Shown here: one piece after another, positions 52,790 through 64,000 of the stretch | Numbering within the stretch: position 1 is the first letter of the stretch | Layout: each line of letters opens with the position of its first letter | From: Eledone cirrhosa | Taxonomy: Eukaryota | NCBI GenBank assembly: GCA_964016885.1 | Contig: OZ024743.1 | Coordinates: forward strand, 147,994,001 to 148,058,000 | Length of the DNA stretch: 64,000 nt | Direction: 5' to 3' | The notes under the pieces: generated by a model | Databases searched by the model: none | What the model saw: the letters and a program-made list of their open reading frames with translations, nothing else | What the model was told of the DNA's origin: nothing | Made by a program: the position numbers and the translations under genes

Positions 52790-54350
52790 TTGTGTATCTT
52801 TATACGTTTATATTGTGTTTGAAGGAACATACACGAAAGACTGATGTTTGTTTCGATTTAGGTCTTATTTAGTTTTTTATACAAATTTACCATTTGAAGA
52901 CTGGTAAATATTTAGATAGTTATGTTTTCTAAAATTTAGTATAATATAAGGATTAAGAGCATTTGCGTGAGCACGTAGAGAGAATTTCAGATTTTCCGTT
53001 GAGGATATTCAGTTTTGATTTTAAAATATATAAACATTCCATAAGACACAAGCTACATGTTTTCTTCCTGGCTTGTAAGAATGGGCTACTTTCAATTTCT
53101 TTCTTTTCTTGAATATTCTTTGAGATTCCATATATGTCTAGCTAAGAATGTTGAGCTACTGAGTTTTTTTCTGAAAGAGTGGCGTTGAACATGGTATCTG
53201 GATTTGAAATTATTAGATGTAGCCTCTATATATACATTACTGCTGTTACTAGTGGTTATAATTGTTTCTACTTTGGCACAAGGTCAACAATTATCCCAGT
53301 GTATTACTGGTACTTTATTTTATCGACCCCGTAAGGATGAAAGGCAAAGTTAAGCTCGGCGGGATTTGAACTCAGTCTGTAAAGGGACGTAACTGCGCTG
53401 CAAAGCATGGCGTCCGACCCTCTACCGATACTGCCAATCCACCGCCCTAACTAGTGGTTATAATATCTTTAGTTAAGCATTCGCCATTGAGAGGGCATTT
53501 ATCAGAGTTTCTACAGTTACATTATGTTTATTATTGTTAGATATTATGTTGCTATTTAAGATATTTAAGATATAATTGTGTACATTTATTGGAGTTAGAA
53601 GGTTTTGGAAGTTAAATATTGTTTTCTCTTATTTCTAGGTTATTTGCAGTATTGGTTTGGGTATTATTATATTTTTCTAATTTTCTATTATTACTGTAAA
53701 GTAGATAGTTAGTTATATTAGGAGGAGTAAAGTATGATGATTTTACAGTATTTATTAAAATTGAATGATAGTGTTGGGTTGGATGGAAATTTCATTCTTT
53801 TCTCTAAGATATTAAAGAATAATGTTGGTATATTGGTGGCTACGTTATTGCTAAAAGTATGGTTGAACCATGTAGTAGATTTTCTGAGATTTGTTGGTGT
53901 TTATTTTTCCAGGTTTAATTTGCTTATCATTAAATTCATTACGGTTTTTGTTAATACTAGTTCTATATTAATGGTTGTATGTATGTCTATTTTGGATTTT
54001 GGTTTTTATTATATTATTGTTAATATTAGGAATTTTCTTTTTTTTTGTTTATTCTTATTACGTTCGTAGTCTTTCCTATTTCTACGTATACACTCTTCTG
54101 TGTGTTTAGTTTGTGTGTTTTGCTTTTTGTGAAGTTACTGGTATGTTTTCACAGATAATGTAATCGTCCCTAAGTGACATATTATGAAATTTGTCTATAT
54201 TTTCTGATGAGAATGATTTGGTGTTGCTAATTGTTGATACCACTGCGCCTATCGATTGAAATATTCATATTATGTTCGATTCTTGATTGAATTTTGACCT
54301 TTTCCTTCCAAAGAATTGTAAACTAATAAACACTGCTTCGTGAAGTTTGG
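52790..54350 (-). mobile_element. Possible very old Gypsy-like LTR element relic (interrupted by SINE copy 4)
   Basis: A-rich coding-like composition on minus strand; faint knuckle-like HK..KHTEEC and RT-like SSPF..RKK, IFTSL; no intact motif. Confidence 0.25.
53263..53447 (-). mobile_element. tRNA-derived SINE, copy 4, with 15-bp TSD
   Basis: ACTAGTGGTTATAAT at 53248-53262 and 53450-53464; body is the reverse complement of the 981 family. Confidence 0.92.
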
Positions 54351-54373
54351 ATGAATTTCTCTAATTATAACTT

Positions 54374-54466
<93 letters not shown>

Positions 54467-54805
54467 AGAATGAGAGGTTTGTTTCAAAATGAAAACAAAA
54501 AACGAGATGTCCTACATGAGTAAAATATAAAGAAAAAAGATGAAATCCAAGATGCAACTGGAGTCTTTTTAAGAATATTTATTTGTTTCCTTTACCGGTT
54601 TCGCAGTTCTTATGCTTTCCAAAATGAGAATTGAGATGGAGGGTTTGTGGGTTTTCTCACAGAAAAAAAAAATATATATATAGATATAGATATAGATATA
54701 TCTGTGTACATATGTTTAATTAATCAATACAGATTTAAATGTAATGCTGGTAAGCCATGGCACATAGAGAAAGTTATCTAATGTTTAATATTAATAAGAA
54801 ACAAA

Positions 54806-54892
<87 letters not shown>

Positions 54893-55956
54893 TACAAGAA
54901 AGTAAAATAAGAAAAAGAACAGATATACAACAGTTAATAGTTGGCTGTTGAATCTTTTCGTAGCCTCCATGAATTTGAAGAATTTATTTATGGTTAGTCG
55001 ATCCTTTATAATATATTGCACCTCCAAACTCAGTAGACATATTTTATTGCAGCTTAAAGGTGGTGGGGAACTGCTGAATATCCCTCAACAATAGACAAAT
55101 GTCATTTGTAAGTATATTATAATAGTGCCTTCTCATCAGAATGTTTCAGCTCATACAACAAACCTGACTCACAGGATGTTCTTGCTCCGTATTTTTGACG
55201 GAATTATCTAGCAAAGCTTCTCATAACATTAATGGTAAAAGCAGATTGCTAACGATATTTTCTTTCTTTTTGTAAATTTTTCTTATCTTTTCTATATCTG
55301 ATATTTCGTATCAAAGTGTTGCCTCACCTTAAATCGTTCTAATATGTTTGTGCCAGAATTTCAGATTTTGAACATTTTCCGTTTATACCATAGTTTTGAT
55401 CTCTTCTCCAGCCCCTTCAAAATGTTTAAGGACATGAAAACAGTATTGACTTCCTTATTAAAGGGGTTTAAAACCATCATACACAACTACTTTATAAGTT
55501 CTAGAGCTCTCTAACATCTGGAATTGAAATAACTAACCACACACATCATTTATCTATTCATTGCAAGTTTTACTTTATTATTATTACTTAATTTACTTTT
55601 GTTGTTATCTTCAGCCACCAGAAATAAACCTGACATGATTTGGTTCTGCATTTAGAGAAAATTTCTGCAGGAATGTTTGTACAATTCTAAAAATGGCACA
55701 GAGAGAAAGAAAAGGAAAAGATATGTATACTGAAAACAAAAGGACTAAAGAGTTGTGGTGCCTGAGAAAAGAGATATTTCATAAATAGAACCAATAGTAA
55801 GTTGATTTGTTATCTGCAATGAAGGGGTAAATGAATTGGTAATAAATATTGTTTTCAGAAGTAGATTGATATGTATCAATATCAAATCATGAATACCACT
55901 ATCGATTTTACTCTTCGAATACCTTAAATATAGTATTCCTTCTTGTCTTATATATT

Positions 55957-56139
55957 GGTGGATTGGCAGTATAGGTACAGGTTCGGACGCCATATTTGAA
56001 GCATAGAGTTACCTCCCTTTATGAACTGAGTTCAAATCCCACGGAGGTTAACTTTGCCTTTCATCCTTAAGGGGTAGATAAAATAAAGTACCAGTAATGC
56101 ACAGGAGATTTGCTGGTATTATGCCAAAAGCAGAAACAA
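55957..56139 (+). mobile_element. tRNA-derived SINE, copy 5, with 9-bp TSD
   Basis: TTATATATT at 55948-55956 and 56140-56148; B-box GAGTTCAAATCC. Confidence 0.88.
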
Positions 56140-56330
56140 TTATATATTATATATATTTATTTGTATTATTACCCATATAGGGAGATATATGTATATATAA
56201 ATATTGTTTGTGATACATATGGATATATATATATAGTATATATGTTTCAGAGGAGTCCCATACTTTCATCTGTACTACTACTACTACTAATACGACTACT
56301 ACTACTACAACTACTACTACTAATAATAAT

Positions 56331-59210
56331 GATTTCATTTATTGGCCACAAGGGCCGACATATAGGGGGCAATACAAAAGACTGGGACATTGGGGTTTTA
56401 CAGAAAAATCGAGTAAACAATATGAATAACAATAACAAAGTAACAATAACAAAGTAACAATAAAGTAACAAGAAAATTACAAGAAAAAATGGGGGGGAGG
56501 GATGACCACCTAGGGTTCGCTCAGGTACCCCACCAGTCCTGAACGACCCGACGCTTCGAGAGAACCCTGGAAGGGCACTCCTCTCCTCCCCAAATTTACC
56601 TACCTACAGCCGCATGACCAGCGTAGGCCCACTCACACGGGCAATTCTCGCCATATTTACCCACCTTTCAGCAAATGTACTGGGGGGTAGCATTTCTCTC
56701 ACCACCCTCAGCTTCCTTTCCAAGTGAAACTTGAAAAAGATGATGAGGGATTGGCCGGAGAGAAAAGTGTCTGTCTTCAGTCCTTTCAACCTCGTCCACC
56801 ATACAACCTCTTTCGCTACTGCCACCAGACAGAGGAAAATTGCCTGCCCTTCCTGGCCAAAAGAAGGCGGCGGGTCGATCTTCACTATGGGCTCGGCCTA
56901 TAGCCGTATCCGTTCTACACACGACAACAGCTGTTCAACATAACTCCACAAGTCAGTAATGCACGGACACTGGACGAGTGCGTGCAGAACGGTTTCGTCG
57001 CACTGCGCGTTTCTCGGGCAGGTCCGTCTGATAGCACTTCCGTGCCTGTAGAGTTTATCTCGAACCGCCAGTGCCCCCCGGTAGCACTGCCAAGCGAGGG
57101 ACTTTGGGAAATTATCCATCGTCCCCGGCTCGAAAGTCCTCCGGTACAGACTGGTTAGTTCGACTTCGTTGACTCCCAGAGCCTCTCCGAGTGCGTCGTC
57201 GCACTTCCCCACCACTAATCCTCTATAGAACTCGAGAGTGGAAGTTCCACTGACCGCGTTGCCCGCCTAGTAGAGGGCAGTGAGTGCCTGGCAACATTCC
57301 AGATGCCAGTCACCCAGTCTCGGTCTCTTCTTGACCCAGGACTGCAACTCAGTCAAAGAAACGAGCTGCGGAAAGACCCGTCTGACAAACGGCAACCACA
57401 CCTGTTCACCGTTTAGGCAGAATATCTGGAGATTCCACAGCTTCAGCGCGTGCATGCGAATCATTAGCCACGGCATGCCCAGCCCTCCACGTAGAGGGTG
57501 CTAGCAGCAGATGGACCGCATCACCACTGGAACCTGACCCCTCCACAAGAATTTGAAGAGCAGCCGCTCCAAGATGGCGAGGCGCAAACGGGGGCAAGGG
57601 ACGACAGTCAGACGGTAGTAGATGACGGACGCGATGTACGCGTTCGCCACCTCCGCCCGACCTATCAGTGATAGCTTCATCCTAGCCCATTTCTGGGTGA
57701 GACTGACTACTCTGCCCGTCACCTCGTCCTAATTCTTAACCACCTGGAGGTCTGGCCCGAACCAAACCCCGAGCAACTTTACCGGTCCGTCCGTCCAGGG
57801 CCTAACGACGCTGTTGGACGGCATGGACTTGCCTCTCCAGGTGCCCAGTTGCAAGCCCACTGACTTTTCCTGGTTAAGTTTCGCTCCCGTCTACCTTTCA
57901 TACTCCTCCAATAAGTTGCCGACCTCCTCGATTTCTGAGGTGTCCGACACCATCACGGCGATGTCGTCCGCATAAGCCGACACAGCCTTTCCGCGTCCGG
58001 TTCGAGCGGGATGCCCTGCAACAGCTCCAGCTTCTGTAGTAAAGGCTCGAGAGTCAATACGTACGATCGGGAGACCTGAAACGGCTCCGAGAGGTGGCCA
58101 TTAATTTTGACCATCGAGCAGGTTTCGCTGTGTATTGCAGCGATCCGGCTTCTGAAGACGGGGGCCGAAGCCAGCCGCCTTGAGGACAGCCTCCAGGTAC
58201 CGATGGTCGACCCTATCGAATGCTTTCGATTGATCTAAATTGATCAGAGCACCACCGAAGCCAGGTTTACACCCTACCCTTTCTATGATGTATCGCATTA
58301 GGTGGAGGTTGTCGTGTATGGACCTGGTTGGGATTGCGCAAGTTTGCGCCTCCCCAACCAAATCCCCGACGACAAGCGCCAACCTCTTCGCTAACACCCT
58401 AGCCAAAATATTAAACTCTGTGTTGAACAGAGTTATGGGCCTGAAATTGTCTAATGTGTCCCTCTTGTTCTCGTCTTTACTTATCAGCGTCACTACGCCC
58501 CGGCTCACAGAACTGGGAATACTCCCGTTTTGCTGCCAGTTGCAGTAGAGGGTTTCGAGGAGATTGGAGAACAAGTCTGGCATATTTACGTAAAGCTCGT
58601 AGGGCAGACCATTCAAACCGGGTGACTTTCGCCTCATGCAGCCGACAAGGGCATCCTGAATCTCGGCTGAAGTAATTGGCCTTTCGCAGGGCCCAGCGTC
58701 AGCCGGGTAGGGACTGAAGTCCGCCACCATCTCTGACCCGCCACTTCCCCCGAACAACCGAGCAAAATGTTGGCGAAAGGCATCACACATCCTCTTGGAA
58801 TCGCTCAGCTTGTGCCCGTCTCGGTCCGCCAAAGACCGAATCGTGGTTTTATTACGACGCTGCGCCTCTGCCACGCGGGCCCATCGAACAGCTTTGGTTC
58901 CCTCGTTTCTCAGAGCACGCGCCTTAGCTCTGACAATGCAACCTTCGTGTTTCGCATTGAAGAAATGGTCTCATGCCATTCTCGCCGCTAGCACATCAGT
59001 TGCAATGCCACTACCAATAGCCTCGTCTAACTTATCTACCAACTCCCCCTCCTTTCTATTTTTCTCTAATGCTACTTCTTTGCTAAACTCTATCGACATT
59101 ACTCTAATCTCTCTTTTGAGAACCCCCCTATTGTTGACGATTCCCCCTGTCAACTTTTTTCTTAACTAAATTGTTGACCTGGTCCCTGTAAGCCGTACGT
59201 GCCGGAAATG
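56331..59210 (-). mobile_element. 5'-truncated, decayed Tx1-like element of a related subfamily with (ATT)/(AGT)n tail
   Basis: ORF pieces 58101-58874, 57501-57722, 56898-57215 and 56604-56885 homologous to copy A ORF2; tail 56273-56330. Confidence 0.92.
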
Positions 59211-61053
59211 ATAAGAATGCAAGATAGTACTCAGTTAAAAGTGATCAATAATAAAAAAGCATGTTACCGTGTAACCAACATTTGTGAGAATCGTGGTGGG
59301 CATTGTTAAACTGCCTGTTATTTTATAATTTTTAAGAGCATAATGTTCTTAACTTTGTACGTGGATAATATTAATGCATTGTGTCAAGATATATTTCTCT
59401 GTAAGGCTTAGATTGCATAACTTTGTTTCATTTAAATACGAGTTTTGCTCTTTCTTAATGTTCAGAATTATAGTTATATTGTTTCATTTACTGCCTCCGC
59501 ATACATTGGATATTGAAATCTATATTAATTGAATTTGATATCGAAATCTATTTCTGAAAGAATATGGGCGTGTGTTTGAATTTTAATGTATATACTGTTT
59601 ATCACTGCAATTTCCAGCAAATTATTCTCGCTGATATATATATGTAGTTGCTCTATTTCCTCTAAATACGAATACTGTCAGGAAATTGCTGAAAGGTAGA
59701 CGTCATGATTGGTTGTTGTTGGATATGTGGGATGTCATATAAAGGTTATATTTATATGTATGTGTGTAATACAAATCGTTCTTTAAACATGTCTAAAATC
59801 TCACAGTTTAAGGGTTAGTGCGCCTCGTGCTCTCAACGGATAGAAGGTAAAATACGTTGCCCTGGAAGGTGGTGAGGGAGACGCACTAAAAGACATATTA
59901 TAACTCGCCCGGATCGCTCTTGCATGTAGCCAATTCTTTCCCGGCAGAGGTGAGAATGGATGTGATCTGCAGGCCAAGAACATCGAAATTCTCCGCTGCT
60001 ATAGGCTCGACCACAAACTTATCTGAAAGTGACTGATGCTTCACTGACGTGCAGTGAAACCTGAGTAATTCGCCGGATGGACTTGGTTGTTGCTGAAGAA
60101 GGTGTCGCCAATTGTAGCATCCATGATGAGGGTCATATCACCGCGGAAAGCGAAGATTGTCTAGCCTTTTACTGACCCCTCAAGCCAAACCACTGGCTCG
60201 AGTTAGGAAGGAAAGCTCGTAACGTTCAGCAACCGACACTATAACGGCATGAGAGTGGGTGGAGGCCGATGTTGTCCACATTGGATCCATAACGGCATTT
60301 GTCAGGCTCACATATATGGATGCTGAGCCTAAGGGAAATAACAATGCGAAAACAGTCGCAGTCCAGTTGATTGACCGTCGAGAGTGATGGTACATCGTTA
60401 AGCTAGGCACCACAGTGTGGTTGGGAGGCCGAGTAAAAATATGCCAGACGATGCTGATCAAACTTGTATACCAGCCTCTCAGAGGATGGCGTCCCATTTG
60501 TTTTAAATAAACTGGAGGTCTACAGAAGCAAGAGGGGTTGACAACAACATGGTAGAGGCCGAGCTGGTTCGCATATTGCGTTGACCACCTGGTGTTCCCC
60601 TTCATGTTCCATTGTGTTTTGGAGAATCCTGTTGATGAGGACACAGTAAAAGGTCACTAATGAAAGAAATATCAGTAAGGCCAGTGAGACCGGAGAACGA
60701 AGGTCGGTACCATCATATCTAAAGTGTAAGTTGGCCTGTTGCAGTCCGGTTTCATCGAACCGCGCGTTACATATCTTCTCAGAAGCCTGTCGGATACAGG
60801 TGACAAGGTCTGTGAGAAGAGTTATGTGACTATAACAAAGGGAACTGCAGAAATTATATAGAAGTTTGGGTATGATGAAGAAGTTCCTTAACGATCAGGT
60901 TCAGTCGACCGGGTATCTATCATCTTCTTGTCCTTTTGTCGACATGGCATCATTTTTTCGACAGTCAAATCACTGTATCGTAAAGAGAGATAAACCCGGT
61001 TTACACCTGTCTTAGGTGCAATCGTACAACACTTTATAATACAGACGCACACG

Positions 61054-61133
<80 letters not shown>

Positions 61134-62459
61134 TATGTGTGTTTAGGTGTGTTTGTACAAATGCATTTTTTTATTTTTTTGTAAGAAACAATAAACATAC
61201 ACCGAATTACGAACCAATATACTGTGTAAATAATCAATGAAATAAATCCCTAAATAGATACTAGACTCGCCCATAGCAGCGTGTTAAACTCAACATGTTA
61301 AACAACATCCTAACGGGAATTAAGGGGACACAACAAAGTTGGTTTTAATGGTGGTAACAAGAAATATCATTGCTAACTGGAATTAAATATCTTTCTTCTA
61401 ATCTTCTTTTTCTCCTCATTCTTTGATCATCGTTATTTTAACGAAAATGGTAAATTACTAATATGCATACTCAAAATTGTTGTTAACTCACATGAAGATT
61501 CTTAAAAGCTCATCCTATTTCAACGACTTTAAATTCAAAATTGCAGTGCTTACATTTTGATTTGCTGCCTCTGCCTTTGTTTCCAAGGCAACACTGCTCA
61601 TTGTAAATTCATGTCTCTTTTTTCTAGATGCCAACAATTGTTTAACAGTTTTCTACTTAATCGCGGACACAATTTCTTAGATCTTACTTCATACCAACTT
61701 CACAATTTCTTCTCAAAGAACATTACAGCTTTCAAGATCAAGTCCTCTGAAGAATTTAAAGCCACTTGAGAAAGAAACAATATTCAATGTTAATGCTGGG
61801 ATGTGAATAACTAAAAGAAAAAAAAAAATCAAAAAGTATGTTCTAAATAAGAAAAATTAATAAATAAAATTACAATGCTGAAATGAAAAAAAATATATAA
61901 AAAAATATCACTTAAAATGAAGAAAATATTTCTAGAAACTCATCGAAATGAAATTAAAGTTCACGGGATTATTCTATTTTTTTCGCTCAGTTTTCCTTTA
62001 AAGATTTCTTCTCACTAGCTTTGAATCACTTTAGTGTCTTACCGTTCTATGCCTTCATCTGCCCCAATTTCCTTCTTCAATTGTATGTAGTGGAGTGAGT
62101 TAAATATGCTTATGTCCTGAGATTTGGAACAAAATGGATAAAAATTCAGAAAGATTAAAAGATTTAAAGAGATTACAGCACGAAATGATAACTTTCAAGA
62201 TTAATATTTAAAAAAATATTTTTTAAATATATGAACAAATATATTGACAAGCTGAAGAATTTGAACTTTCCGGTGATCCTAACAGAAAGATAAATACCCA
62301 GAGATAATGCTGAGTAAATTCTAATAAACAACGTTGGTTGAGTTTAATGCTTTATACTGGTGGGTGTTGGTACTATTGAGGCATAGGGAAACATTTCTAA
62401 TGAATTGTTTCATTCTTGACTGAAACCATTATACTTCACTTATTATTTTAATGCCATTA

Positions 62460-63000
62460 GAAACGGCGTGAAAACACGTGGAAATACCGTATTCGAAACA
62501 TGAGCTCCACGAACACCTGCTTCTTGAAGCTCCCACATTTCAGTGATGATGCAACAACAGCCATACGCAGGGTCATCCGAAGAGAAGGACTATACTTTCA
62601 ATTAGCTCACTCGGGGCCCTCATTACGCGGACAACTATCTAGGAAACGACCTAGAGACCACAACAGACGCTGTACGCTGGCCAACTGCCCCAACGATAAC
62701 ACAGACATATGCTATCAAGCATAGGTCGTATACAGAGTCCAGTGTGATAAATGACAACTTCTATATAGGTAGCACCAGCAGGATTTAGGAACACATTAAC
62801 ACTAACGCTTCCTCATTCAAGAAACATTTAGAGAAATGCAAAAACACCACACAAAATAACAGTTATGTTTGAAACAAAAGAAAGGAACCTCGGCAGTTTC
62901 AGAATTAAGGAAGCATTAATCATAACCAGAACACACCTGCAAATCAATAATAGACTATAACTAAGCACACAATACCTAACATAGAACTAGGCACACAACA
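62460..63000 (+). mobile_element. Decayed Penelope-like GIY-YIG fragment, different family
   Basis: FLKLPHFSD..CTLANCP..IC..VVYRVQC..YIGST..EH..FRIKEALII..QINN in broken frames. Confidence 0.75.
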
Positions 63001-64000
63001 CCGAACATAGAAGACCACTGGAATCTACACATAAGGGCACACATAGGCCCACTAATGATCACATTATCTCTTGAACAATCAACTTTTGTTAAAATAGCCT
63101 CAGGTGAGCGAAGATCATGCAACCCTATGGTAAAAATCATTCCAAGCTAATATTCGATTTGTTCAAAAATTTACATACAATATCTGCAACCACATTTTCT
63201 AATGTGCACTGCATTTTAAAATATTGTTATTAGAAAATCATATCATGTTTATTTTGCAGACACAATCAATCAAGAATTGTGCGCTTTCTTTTACGAAAAT
63301 AAGTTGTAAGTTGGGGATTTAGCTTCTATTACTAGTCCATCGAACGGCCATTATGAAAGGCTTTCTTCTTGGCTTCAATCAAGTTTAATATCTACACAGT
63401 ATGCTTATCTATTTGACGATTGATATAGACTTTATTTAATTGACAATTAACTAATGTCTATAATTTCTATTTTGGGACTGTTTAATTAAATCATCATCTA
63501 CACAATATAGTTTTATTAGCAAGTCTCCCGATTCACTAGCCATTATTTCCAATATCAACTGCTAAAATCTATTGAACCTATGTCTACAGATGGAGTATAT
63601 ATCGGTGACATCGATTAGCCATAATATGTAAAGCTTGCCTCAATCGAAATTATCTCGACAAGAAAACAGAAACAATATTCCACTCTTAAAGGGTCCAATA
63701 AAACACAACAGAGAATCATCCATTTATTGTAGTTTCCTTTCTTTCTTTTTTCTTTCTCTCTTTCTTTCTTCCTTCCTTCCTTCTTTTCTTTCTTTCAGCA
63801 GTTAATGTTTCGAATACTATTAAAATGGAACGAAATCCAAGCTACGCGTTGGAAAATACAATTTCAAATTAATTTAATTTTGTGTAAAAATTTACTATAT
63901 TTTGTTTTATTATTTGATTTTGTAAATTTTATTTCAGTTATTTTCTTCTTCTTTCTTTTGAGTGCCATAACCAAAAAAAAAAAATAATAAAATAAAAAAT

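Noticed and set aside
61492-62419. Alternative genetic code (TAA/TAG = Gln) to open the putative exons
   Set aside because: TGA stops also occur, and the intact retrotransposon ORFs terminate at standard TAA.

Overview
AT-rich, microsatellite-saturated eukaryotic (animal) genomic DNA with no convincing intact host gene; the repeat content resembles cephalopod (octopus-like) genomes, which is an inference. The centre (19413-39461) is a ~20-kb stack of retroelements, each bounded by (AAT)n. It holds three head-to-tail, full-length Tx1/L1-clade non-LTR retrotransposons on the minus strand: one fully intact (ORF1 698 aa, ORF2 1139 aa) and one carrying a different 5'UTR+ORF1 on an almost identical ORF2. 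Two R4/Dong-like RLE fragments on the plus strand and a tRNA-SINE complete the stack. The flanks contain decayed RTE, R4/Dong and Tx1 copies, five copies of a tRNA-derived SINE whose 3' end and target resemble the Tx1 family, a pogo/Tc1-type MITE and Penelope-like (GIY-YIG) fragments. Many short non-coding islands next to (TA)n tracts form inverted or tandem duplications and carry type I hammerhead ribozyme motifs of several unrelated families. One is a 319-bp retrozyme-like unit with a U3-A8 compensated core. All alignments and folds were done by eye.
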